Below are positions 51,668 to 63,780 of a stretch of DNA of 64,000 nucleotides, one piece after another. Position 1 is the first letter of the stretch, and each line of letters starts with the position of its first letter. The stretch lies in assembly GCF_964355755.1 (NCBI RefSeq), contig NC_092676.1, positions 7,789,888 through 7,853,887 of the forward strand. Reading direction: 5' to 3'. A model generated the notes under the pieces. That model was not told the DNA's origin. It saw only the letters and a program-made list of their open reading frames with translations, and searched no databases. The stretch comes from Antedon mediterranea (Eukaryota; Animalia; Echinodermata). A program made the translations under genes and the position numbers.

Positions 51668-53426
51668 ATCGTCAACCTAAAACAAGATCGGAGGTATTTC
51701 ATAAGAAAGAAATATCATCATAATTGGATCTGTTATTATTTTTCTTTTTTTGTCGAAATATTCCAAATTATTTATATCAAAATATTACAAAATATTTCTA
51801 TACTTACTTTTTAAGTAAACGAAAGAAGAAAAACGTAGATAAACGAAAGTAAATTTCAAGATAAGCTGTGAATAACCGGTAGAAAACTATATTCCTGTCG
51901 ATAATTACAATGTGAAATGTGTTCTGTTGATACGTTACTAGGTACCGTACGTGCCATGGCAAACAGTTTATAAAGCTACGATTGGCTGGATTAAGTCACA
52001 TGAATTCGCACGCGCGTTTGGAATACACTATACATAGAAACGGCGCGTTGGCGCTTAAACCACGTGACTCTACATGAGTGACACCCGGTCCGGCCCAGAC
52101 AAAAATCATGTACAGTATGCTGTTTTGGTATTCATGATAAATGTTTTAACATAAACAAGACACATTACCGCCAACTTACACAGACGAGCGGTAACGGAAG
52201 AAGCGGAAACCCGTGTGCTTGTCCACGTAGAATCTGCATCTTTGCTGAGCGGGTTTCATCTCAACCGACCTCTCCGGGGGTTTTGTGTAAATGATCATAA
52301 GAAATAACATTTTCTCAGTATATTTTTGTTTTCTGCTTACCGTTACCGATTGTCTGTGTAAATTGGCCTTTAATCGTGTTGATGCATGACATTAATTCTA
52401 CACCGCCCGGTGAAAAATGTATTAATTTGAAACGATAAGATGAGAACCAACCGAGATTTGAACCCGGACCTTCTGCTTGATATTTGATTTGTTTTAATTT
52501 ATTCAATATCGGCTCATTACAATTACAACAGAATACATAAAAATATATAATGAAACAAAATAGTCCAGTATGAAATGTAGCGATATGATAAGTTGCATTT
52601 TTTTTTGCTATATTTGGTAAAAATTGGATATGTTGTAGAATACACATCACTGAATCCAAAAAGTATTTGCTCCATTTTTTTTTTCATACGCAAGGGGGGT
52701 TGGCAGCCATTTCAAAATGGCCGCCATTTTGGACAAAATATTGTAAGTATATGGCATTAAAAGATGTTATCGAGATAGAAATTCAATCATAAAAGTAACA
52801 ATAAATGTTCAAATAATATTTCACATCATTTTTGTAACTGAACAAGCCAAAATGGCCGCCATTATGCCCAAAATGGCTGCCATTTTATCCAATATGGCCA
52901 TCATTTTATCTAAAATGGCCACATATATCAATCAAATATTTCTTTCAACTTTTATTCACATATATTTGGTAAAAATTAGATATGTTGTAGAATAGACATC
53001 ACTGAATCCAAAAAGTATTTGCTCCATTTTTTTTTCATACGCAAGGAGGATTGGCAGCCATTTAAAAATGGCCCCAATTTTGGACAAAATTGTTTCAAAT
53101 ATTGTAAGTTTATGACATTTAAAGATGTTATCGAGATAGAAATTCAATCATAAAAGTAACAATAAATGTTCAAATAATATTTCATATTTGTGTAACAGAA
53201 AAAGCCAAAATGGCAGACATTTCAACCAAAATGGCCGCCATTTTATCCAACATGGCCGCCATTTTTATCTGAAATTGCTACTAATCAAATTGGTTTTTTT
53301 TAACTTTAATTAAATACATAGGCTATAACATAATGATATTTGTGTTTAATTACTTTAATTATTCGTCGTCATTTTAGCCATCACTATCACTGTCCGAATC
53401 GGATGTAGACAACAATGGTCATATGT

Positions 53427-54078
53427 TGATTTGATTTGAATTCATTTGGAAAATCATCATAAAAAAATACATACAAAGTGATAACATAAATTACGGACAT
53501 TACAAATAATACATTTATAAAAGATTTTCCAGGATAGCCCAAAAAGCTTATCAGCTTATTTCCATTGGGATCCTTTACAATCTAAAATAAAAACATTACA
53601 AAATATTGCATTAAACACGTAAATATAACAAAAACAAAAATATAAAAAACAAGTTAAATTAAAGACTATGATTGACTTATATAGTTATTTGGTAGAACAG
53701 AAATGTGATTTAACATTTTTCTTAAAATTAAATTTGTTTTCTATTTGCTGAATGGAATGAGGTAGGTTATTCCATGCCTTTATGCCTGTATAATAAAACG
53801 TAGATATTTGACTATCAGATTTAGGAACTGAAAATCCATTGACCTTACTTCTAGTCATATAATGGTGGTTAGATGAAACTCTTTTAAACTTTTCAGTTAA
53901 ATAAGGTACTGATTTTCCATAAAAAATCTTATGAACATGATTAAGTTTGAGTTGGCAAATTCTATCCTCTAGATATAATTGACCGATTTGGTTCAGTTCG
54001 TCTTTACCAATATGTGCACGATCATTTTTATTTAATATAAACCTAGCAACTTTATTTTGACTGGTTTGAAGTCTGTTA
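53427..54078 (-). mobile_element. 5'-truncated CR1/L2-type LINE fragment inside the left Academ arm
   Basis: RLQTSQNKVARFIL...YMTRS...FYYTGIKAWNNLPHSIQ RT C-terminus, 3' UTR and (CAAAT)n tail. Confidence 0.8.
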
Positions 54079-54706
54079 TTCACGTCTGCTTCGCATTTAC
54101 ACATCTCGGTACATTATAGATCCATATATTGGCCTGGAGATGTGCACGTAGTATGTGCTGGTGCAACGCTCCAGAAGTTGGTGGCAATTTTTCCACACCT
54201 TGATTATTTGGCAGTGTTTTGAACCGCTGACACCCTTTTAGTTCCAAGAAGACTGCACAGAGACTTCTCGCATCCTGCCTTCCCATTGAAAGATGGCATA
54301 TTGTCTTTTCCGAGTTTGACTAGAGCTTCTATGATGTGAGGAGGTGACTTCATATACAATCTTAAAAGCTGTTTTTTTCCTGTGACCCGTAACACCACAT
54401 CCAGTGATAGCATAGAAACCTGGTAGTCCGGCTGCCTTTTCTGGTCCAAGGTGATCGTATATTGGTTGAAGAGTAATTCTTCTTCCTGTTTCAGCTGTGC
54501 CTGAGTGTTAAAATTCCAGTATTTTCCCCCAACTGTTGTAGGCGCCTTAGAATTAAAACAAACCAGTCGGTATCTTGCGTGAAGAAGTCGACTTCATTTC
54601 CTGGTGTAGATGCTATTTCAATGCCATGAGGGATCATTAGTGTGTCTACCTCTTCTTGGGTGTTCACGTGACTGTTACAATAGGATGATTAATATCACCT
54701 CAGCCT

Positions 54707-55895
54707 GTGAATCGCTATCTCATCATCGATGGAATGGCAGTTGTTCAAACTCTTATGAATGTTCAGACTTTTACCACCTGCAAAGATTTTGTGGAGGCAT
54801 TTGTAGCCTGCATAGATTCTCTACTTAACAAATACATTTATGTTGGTGGACGTGTTGTCTTTGACAATTATGAGAAGACACTTTCGCTTAAAGACGATAT
54901 CCGATATCAATCATCTCCTCCTAACATTGTGGAAATTATTGTGGAAGATTCCACACTGATTAAAAACAAAGCAATATTCTTGTCAAGCAACACGACAAAA
55001 GATCAACTCACAATTTATCTTGCCGACAAATCAGTACGAAATTGTAAACATCCTATTGTAACAGTCATGCGACAAGATGAACACAAACACCTGAACATTC
55101 CCCAACAACACCTGTGAGCACCCAAAGAAGAGGTAGATATATTAATGATCCCTCATGGTATTGAAGTAGCATCTACACCAGGAAATGAAGTCGACTTATT
55201 TGTTTTAATTTTAAGGCGCCTACAACAGTTAGGGGAAAATTCTGGTATTTTAACAGGCACCGCTGAAACAAGAAGAATTGCTCTTTAATCAATATACGAT
55301 CCCCTTGGACCGGAAAAGGCAGCCAGACTACCAGGTTTCCATGCTATCACTGGATGTACACAGGAAAAAACAGCTTTTAAGATGTATATGAAGTCATCTC
55401 CTCACATCATAGAAGCGTTAGTCAAACTCGGAGAAGACAATGTGCCATCTTTCAATGTGAAGGCAGGATGCGAGGAGTTTCTGTGCGGTCTTATTGAAAC
55501 TAAAAGGGTGTCAGCCAAAGATTCATCAACCCTGAGATGGAAACGGTTCAAAACACTGCCAAATAATCAAGGTGTGGAAAAATTGCCACCAACGTCTGGA
55601 GCGTTGCACCAGCACATACTACGTGCACATCTCCAGGCCAATATATATGGAGCCATGTAACTATTGACCCAATAATTCCCGATCCATGCCAAAACGTGGC
55701 TGGTTTATAGAGAACGGTAAACTAAGACCAGTATTATACGAGAAGCAAACTGCTCCAGAAGCAGTTGTGGAGCTAACACGGTGTTCATGCTTAAGTACAT
55801 GTTCCCATAATACATGCACGTGCAAGAAAAACAATCTACAATATACCGAGATGTGTAAATGCGAAACAGACGAGAATAACTGTCACAATATATGA
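54707..55895 (+). pseudogene. Frameshifted XPG/PIN-like nuclease + Cys-rich (Cys8/CXC) domain of an Academ protein; inverted copy at 54080-54690
   Basis: Motifs IIDGMAVVQ, VVFDNY, EEVD, LPGFHAITGC, LPPTSGALHQHILRAHLQA and CSC...CTCKKNNLQYTEMCKC spread over several frames. Confidence 0.75.
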
Positions 55896-57884
55896 CCATT
55901 GTTGTCTACATCCGATTCGGACAGTGATAGTGATAACGAAAGTGACAACGAATAAGTAAAGTAATTAAACACAAATATTATTATGTTGTTATGTTGGTTC
56001 CTTTATAGCCCATGTATTTAATCAAAGTTAAAGAAAAAACAATTTTATTATGTGGCCATTTCAGATAAAAATGGCGGCCATGTTGGATAAAATGGCGACC
56101 ATTTTGGTTGAAATGTCAGCTATTGTTCTGTTACACAAATGATGTGAAATATTATTTGAACATTTATTGTTACTTCCATCTTGATAAAACATCTTTTAAT
56201 GCCATAAACTTACAATATTTTAAAAAAATTTGTCAAAAATGGCGACCAATTTGAAATTGCTGCCAACCCCCCTTGCCTATAAACACAAAATGGAGAAAAT
56301 ACTTTTTGGATTCAGTGATGTCTATTCTACAACATATCCAATTGTAAATATAGGTGAATAAAAAAATATTTGATTGATATTATGTGGCAATTTTAGATAA
56401 AATGGTAGCCATATTGGCTAAAATGACAGCCATTTTGGGCATAATGGCGGCCATTTTAACTTGTTCAGTTACAAATATGATGTGAAATATTATTTAAACA
56501 TTTATTGTTACTTTTATGATTGAATTTCTATCTTGATAACATCTTTTAATGTCATAAACTTACAATATTTGAAACAATTTTGTCCAAAATGGCGGCCATT
56601 TTGAAATGGCTGCCAATCCCCCTTGCGTATGAAAAAAAAAATGGAGCAAATACTTTTTGGATTCAGTGATGTCTATTCTACAACATATCTAATTTTTACC
56701 AAATATATGTGAATAAAAGTTTAAAAAAATATTTGATTGATATATGTGGCCATTTTAGATAAAATGGTGGCCATGTTGGATAAAATGGCAGCCATTTTGG
56801 GCATAATGCCGGCCATTTTGGCTTGTTCAGTTACAAAAATGATGTGAAATATTATGTGAACATTTATTGTTACTTTTATGATTGAATTTTTATCTCGATA
56901 ACATCTTTTAATGCCATATACTTACAATATTTTGTCCAAAATGGCGGCCATTTTGAAATGGCTGCCAACCCCCCTTGCGTATGAAAAAAAAAATGGAGCA
57001 AATACTTTTTGGATTCAGTGATGTCTATTCTACAACATATCCAAATTTTATCAAATATAGCAAAAAAAATGCAACTTTCCAAAATATCCTAGACTAAAAA
57101 AGCCAGGATTGTCAAAAGCGAACCCAATCACTGTTTAAAGACTTTCCTTTAACATAAATAAAATATAATATAAATATAAAATAAAATGACGAAAAAAATT
57201 AATTAATAAATATCTAAGACATTATGTAAAAAAAAAAAAAATACAGCAGGGACCAGGTAAAATCAAAAGAAATAGTGTTGGCGAAGACTAGTCTCGAATT
57301 CTCGAAACCTGCCAAGGAGAGCAAGCTCACTTAATTCAGAGGGAAGACCATTCCAAAGTTTACAGAATCTAGGAAAGAGTGAAGATATGCAGATGTCCTA
57401 ACCATTAGACCACTGGGGCTTTCATGGTATAGTTAAAATCCAATTGGATAGCGACTCTTTAACATTCTCGGCGCGGTACGCCATCTATCAGTATTTTATA
57501 TATCCCTCTACAAATTAACATTGTAAAGCATTTATAATGTGTTATTGTGTATAAAATTTGCATAAGAATCGTTTACAACGTAACGCAATGGAGTGCATTC
57601 ATGTATAAATTACAGTAGTACACAAAATCGCGGCTTCCTGTCAAATCGTGTTCAGTCGACGTATAGCATGAAAATTCACTGCGTCAGTTTCCTGTCCAAC
57701 ATTGTTGTACACAAATCTGCTTTCTAACGTCAGCAGAATCAACCTGTACCTTGTCAGATACAGCACAAACGCTTTATGGTGGCCCATTTAATTCAGCCAT
57801 GTTATAGAGAGTAGAGACTGCCAGACTGGAGACGTGTTGTTCGGTGAAGGAGGCGCTATTGGTAGACGTACAACATTATTCATT

Positions 57885-60800
57885 ATGTCAAATGGTGAAA
57901 GGGAGCAGAAGCCTGACGAAGAAAAGAATAATCAGGTTAGATACGCACGTCACCTAGTACTGTAATATTAGCGCCATTTTTAAATGTTATGTACCGACAT
58001 TTTTTTAAAGGTAACTTTGCATTCACCAGGAAGTATATGCTATTACTAAACATTATAAATGCTATTTTTATTAAACTCGCCATGTATTGTAATGCACGTT
58101 ATTTCTCGAGATGATTTAAATCCGCTACTTTCATACATTAATTATTTACTGTAAGCAGTCAATTACATTAAATATTATTTCGCAAAGAATGCACACATTT
58201 GTTGTACATACTAGCAAATTAATATTTTATAATACTTTGTAACAGATACTTTTTATAGTAAATTATTATAGGTATATCTAATGACTAAACAGGCAGCTAT
58301 TCTTAAAATATGAATTTTTTGAGATATTAAAACAACTGTCATCATGGCGTAGGCCTACATTATAAATAACGAGTTGCATGCATTTTGTTTTTTTTTTTGT
58401 ATATTCACCTATTTGTCTTTTATCAATATATCCTACCCACAATTTAAAAGAACCACTCAAAAATCATTAAGTTTAGTTAGTAAAGGGGTTGAACTTTGGC
58501 GTGATATACCTGAGACTCTTAAGTTACTTAAGAATCCTATAACTTTTAAAATAAAATACAAAAATAAATTACTTTTGCAATACTCTGATTAGAACAAGTT
58601 TTTTTTTTTTTTTTTTTTTTTACAATTACATCTTACTCTCTGAGGAATCTTTTTTTTTTTTAAGATAAAGAAAAAAACAAGAAACTTTCTTAAAAGTTAC
58701 ATTTTGTTTGCCTATGCCGTTGTGCCTTTTTTTCATATTACTATTTATAAACTGTTTTGTAACAGGGGGTTTCTACTTATAAGCTGTGCTTCAGAGATTT
58801 CCCCTTTCCATTCTTTCATTTTTGTAATGAATATTTATGTATGTTAATGGTTTTATTTTGTTGTGAATGGAAATAAAGAAACAAACAAACAAACAAACAA
58901 ACAAAATATGTAAAGTCATGTGTAAGGACATTGAGTGTTTTTTACGCAACAACAATTATAGAAAACATAAAATAATACAGGAGATTATAGTTAGTTAATA
59001 TATCGATTTCCACGTTCAGAGGAGATATTGGACCTACAATGTTGACTGCTATGCATTGAAACAGAAAAAATAATAGCATAAAAATAATTCTTTTTTACAA
59101 AAGTAAGTGCGCTACATATTGTGCATAATTCTGCTGCGAAGTACAAAATACACTTTCCAAGCTTGGAATAAACCCAATCAAATCCTAATTACCTCCAAAC
59201 AGGGAGAACACATGGCGAGTGTATTTAAGAAGTCAGACACATGGTAACATTTTTTAGCTCTTTATCTCGGTTACATTAGGATTTCGTAATTGAAATGAAA
59301 GCCATAATTCTCCCATTTTATACGATTACGGACATCACCACTAACCAGTGAATCTCTTTTTTTTTTAATTTAAATTTTGTACAGGTGTTGTCTGAAAGCC
59401 ATACTCGGTCAAGAATTGACATTTCCGCCAACGACATGGCTATGACATCAAAAGTATCCGAGCGAAATCAGGTTTACTATGATGCTGTGTGTTCCGGAGA
59501 CCTGGTTACTGTCCAAACACTTATATTGCAAGGCGTTGATCTGGATTGTCCGGGAGGTGAATTTAAAATTCGACCTTTGCACCAATCAGCGTGTAATGGC
59601 TACTTTGAAATAGTAAAGTGCCTGGTGGAGGCTGGAGCTACAGTTGACTGTGTGGACGATGAGGGGTTTACACCTTTGATTTGGGCGTCTGTGATGTTTG
59701 AACACGACATCGCAGCTTATTTAGTTTCAAAGGGAGCCAACATAACCTGGATTCCTGACGATGGAAAGAGTGCTATTATGAACGCAGCTGATTGCGAAGG
59801 CGGGCAGACTTCGCACATGATGATGCTGGCGGCTTTGGGTTGGGATATTGGCGACCCTAGTTGCACTAGCGGCTGGACGATGTTGCACAGGGCAGTCAGG
59901 GATGAATTAAATCATGACAATGAATTGCGTATGTTAGTCAAAAAAGGTGACCGAGATGTCATCCATAAGCTGGCTGCAGCATCTGGTGGAATTAATGTCA
60001 AAGATCGACTTGGATTAACTCCATTGCATCATGCTGTACGAGGTCGGCTTGTACACGAGGATGAAATGTGGAGAGATTATGACAAAGGAACATGGCGGGA
60101 TGCAGACTTCATTTCCAACCTTGTTCCCACTAAGGCTAATATGGCTCTGGTTAAGTCGCTTATCGCGTCAGGGTCTAATATAAGCGATATTGACAGATAT
60201 GGTCATTCAGTTCTTTGGCATGCCAAATATTTTGGTCAAGACGAGGTCATCTGCTTATTGAAAGGACATCAAAGCAAAGAAAATATTCAAATATCTGTAG
60301 ATAATGGAAATGAAATTGACGAAGACAATGATATTGAAAGTAATCCATTGGTGGATTTATTGCCTAAAGTTCCGCCAAAAGACAGCAATGCCACTACCTG
60401 GCGCAGACAGGTTTTGCGGGAAATTGATAAATTAAAGTACAGCAGAGATATCGGTTTGAATGATCAAAGGACAATGGCACTAGAGCTGAATCAATTAGAC
60501 AATTTACAATCCAATAAAATTCAAGTACTACCCTGCGATAAAAGCCATGAAATGGTGACGTGGAAGTCCGATGTTCCATCAGAGGCAATCAGCTTCATGG
60601 CTTTAGGGAAAATGTTGCCACTGTTTTTGGATTGCGTAAGACAAAAAGCTAAATATGACGAAGATCTAACAGCTTTTTTACATAGGTAAGTCAAATTTAT
60701 AATGCCACAGAAATTCCAAATACTATAATTCTAAGGTGTATAATGTGCAAAGTAATCAATCACAAAGTATCTATAATGGTTTGTTTACGTATTCTCAATC

Positions 60801-62002
60801 GAGTCAATAATATTGAAATGTCTGTAACATTATGTATGTATATAATATTATTTACACATCAGATCAAGTCCACCAGAAAGCCCAAAGAGAAAGCATTTCG
60901 CAATCAAGAACCTTTTACAGTCACCAGCCATAAATCCAGGTTTCAGAAACAGCAGAGGTGTACTTGATGTTCATGAACAGATGGATTGCCTGGTTCAACG
61001 TTTTGTAGAGGAATGAACAATATATCCCCGATGCTGAAACTTCGGATAGTTTTGGGAGGAAGTGTAAGTGAGAAAACCAAAATAGGTCTGCCGAACGAAT
61101 ATGACTATCGTCTGTATATCGGAGCACTGGACGGTAAATGTTCTGTTGTGAGGGAAATTGAATATGGCGTCCAATCTTTCCAAAGGAGAACAGTGAGCAT
61201 CCAAGTGTCGGATGACGTGTCTTTATCGTGGTCGTCTTATTGTGATGACTTTAACGTTATCGACCCTGCAGCGTTGTTTATGCACATCCATGGCGTAATG
61301 TATAAGGCCCTCTCGCGGGATATTTGGGAGGGTCTCGATATGTACTGGAAACCGTATGGAAGAAATGCATTTCATGTACAGTGGATGGGCAAGCATTGGC
61401 ACGGCATGGCCATCAAGGCCGATATCATGTACTGCGTCGAGATCCAAGACTGGTGGCCGACCACTGTACGACAGGAAAGTTACCTGCTTTCAAATATCAA
61501 AAGTAATCCATCCTGCGTATTACTGAGACCGCATTCCTTCCAACCGTCATCCTGTGAACTGGAACATATTGTAATGTCAAAACTTTCGGACGAGATGAAA
61601 ACAGTTTATTCCATAGGCAAATTTATAAACAGATTAACTGAACATTCAAGCAAGCAGGATAAAGTGACTTCGTATGACCTTAAGAATGCACTATTTTATT
61701 ACATGGAAATGAATTGGCAGAATGAGAATTTCAGTTCTGGAGAGAATCAAGATGAAAGAGAGAACAACAAGTTTGAGTATAGCTGGGGAGGAAGCTATAA
61801 TGGTGACTCGGAATCATTGCCGTTGATGTTTAAGCATCTGAGAACTAAGACATTACAGGTATTTCACGATGGACTGTCGCTTCTAAGAAGTCACACGTCT
61901 TATTACTTTGGTATTAGTCGATGGGCTGAAACAGAAGACAAAATAAATCGCAAAGCAGACCAACAAAACAAATTCGAAGAAATGTTGAAACTTTATTTGT
62001 GA
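57885..62002 (+). CDS. Ankyrin repeat + Mab-21/cGAS-like nucleotidyltransferase (cGLR); 3 exons; apparent frameshift in exon 3
   Basis: Exon 1 57885-57935 (MSNGEREQKPDEEKNNQ|GT); exon 2 59385-60685; exon 3 from 60863 (or 61009) to 62002. Ankyrin motifs RPLHQSA, TPLIWAS, TMLHRAV, TPLHHAV. NTase motifs GSVSEKTKIGLPNEYDY, ADIM..WWP, SSCELE, VTSYDLKNALF. Confidence 0.85.
58400..58903 (+). mobile_element. CR1/L2 LINE 3' fragment in cGLR intron 1
   Basis: KGVELWRDIPETLKLLKNPITFKIKYKNKLL then stop, 3' UTR, AATAAA and (AAAC)n tail. Confidence 0.75.
59385..60685 (+). CDS. cGLR gene exon 2: ankyrin repeats and linker
   Basis: TTTGTACAG acceptor, open frame of 433 codons, AG|GTAAGT donor. Confidence 0.9.
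60863..62002 (+). CDS. cGLR gene exon 3: Mab-21/cGAS-type NTase domain
   Basis: GS-x2-E-x-TK-x4-E-Y-D catalytic motif, third acidic residue in ADIM, C-lobe SYDLKN motif. Confidence 0.85.
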
Positions 62003-63544
62003 GAAGGACAGCCCATTTATTTTTTACTCAACTGGAAACACACAACAAATCACCGATTTCTGGCAAGGACTTATGACTGTTAAGTCCTTGGTGGTAGTTG
62101 AAAACTATTGTTTCCATTTGAGAGTCAGAGAAGAGTGTGTTTGACCTCTGATATAAAAAAAAATTGTTTTAAAACACTGACACTATTAGGGAAAAGTATG
62201 GTGTCATACAAAATTTACCAGGGAAGATCAATAAAAGTTATTTAAACCAGTTACGCACCAGAGATTCCTCAACATGTCCAAATCCTACCTTACCCATAAC
62301 ATGTGTGGACCCGGAGAAAAGAACAAAGTTCCAGTATCAGGGTGTAAAAAAGCTTTTCTACAAGTTTGTTCTACTGTATAATCAGTCTCACAGCTGTGCC
62401 AATCAAAATAGTTAAGGTATAGTGTTCCACAATGAAATGATTGCCTTCTCCATCCCTCACTGAACCCTCACTGAAGAAAATAGGAAGAGCGGAGAGAGAA
62501 ATAAGATTATTGAAAGCAGTGCATACGGTGAAACAGCATTGTTCGATCGAATATATTTTCCCGACGCCCGAAGCGCTGAGGGAAATATATTCCCTCAGGC
62601 AAAGACCATTAATTCTAAACCGCCCAGTGGTATACTGAAAATGTATTAATTAATTTGAAACGATGAATGAGCAAATCTGTGAGAATGAGAAAAAGTCGCC
62701 CCAACCGAGATTCGAACCTGGATCTTGTGCTTGATATACAGATGTCCTAACCATTAGGTTGTCGTCAGTCATGTAACAATTTTAACAAACAAAATATAAC
62801 CGGGTGCTGGTCAACATTAGATTAAATTGTAACACATTTCAAACGCAATGCCTTATAATTATGCATTGATTAGATCTAATTATAACAGGGATCCTAACCA
62901 ACCCACTACGAGTGGAATAGAATCATCAAATACAAGAATAAGTATGTTAAAAAAAAAACAATACTCAGGCAAACCTCATAGTCCAAAGTTCACAATGCTG
63001 CATCCATGGAAAAACGTAAACTTCCGCACCACACTGTTCATCTCCGGCCTCAACTTCTCAGGTGCAATACACTGTCTCGACGTTTTCTCCTCAGGCGCAC
63101 AACCACGACGCACACAACAAAAATAAACCGCTTTAACAAAAGGTAAAACATTTTGAAGAAATTCCATACTGTCGAGGTCCCGACGCTTTTTCCTCCCTTG
63201 CACACCCACTACGTGCACAGACGCTTAAACAAATTACGTTGAGCCAAACAACGTTGAGCAAAAATCGTTCCACGCCACTAATCCACCTTCGGGGTTGCTA
63301 CCGGATGTAAGCTCTGTGGTATATAAACGTGGCTCAGCTCACACTAGTACCACAATCCACATATTAATCCAAAACACCAATTTATTTTAATCAGGAACCG
63401 GTTTACCACGAACTTCAGCTAATTAACTTTACAAACAACAGCTAAAACTACATTCATATTCCACGGGGCCAAAATTAAACAGGAACATCAACAAGTCGTG
63501 GTACCCCAGCTTTTCCTTCACAGTTGTTTTTTTTTTATATCGAC

Positions 63545-63780
63545 GGCCTGTGGAGCCGTGAAATGTGCAAAAAGTCACATTTGTGCAAACAACCACATTT
63601 GTGCAAACATTTTACCTTCAAATGTGCAAACAACCACATTTGTGCAAACATTTTACCTTCAAATGTGCAAATCTGTAAACATTCATTAACCGCAAATGTG
63701 CAAACATCACGCCGTTAAATGTAAAAACGGTCAGTTTTGACGTTAAATGTGCAAAAGGTATTCTACAAATGTGCAAATCA
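63545..63780. repeat. Short AAATGTGCAAA repeats, probably the subterminal array of a DNA transposon
   Basis: Motif repeated about 9 times in both orientations; a further CAACTCGGCC-type array begins near 63940. Confidence 0.5.

Larger units (their letters stand above)
52561..57096. mobile_element. Palindromic deletion derivative of an Academ-type DNA transposon
   Basis: TAGTCCAGTAT / ATCCTAGACTA termini in A-rich flanks; about 350-bp subterminal units with AAAATGGCGGCC motifs; two inverted copies of the same decayed coding end; spacer about 54691-55048. Confidence 0.75.
52484..57383 (-). mobile_element. 5'-truncated CR1/L2-type LINE (parts 57097-57383 and 52484-52560) split by an Academ insertion
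   Basis: Minus-strand SLFPRFCKLWNGLPSEL RT C-terminal motif at about 57265-57383; AATAAA/CAAAT tail at 52484-52505; GATAT duplicated at the insertion point in the SINE. Confidence 0.65.

Noticed and set aside
53685-54104. 139-aa ORF as a novel fusion gene
   Set aside because: Chance in-frame junction between the Academ Cys-rich tail and an inserted LINE fragment.
61014-61016. Selenocysteine or stop-codon read-through at the cGLR TGA
   Set aside because: The NTase continues in a different frame, so read-through would not restore it.
62760-63520. Solo LTR or small gene on the minus strand
   Set aside because: Has a TATA-like motif and TGTAACA and truncates a SINE, but no second end, target duplication or recognisable protein could be established.
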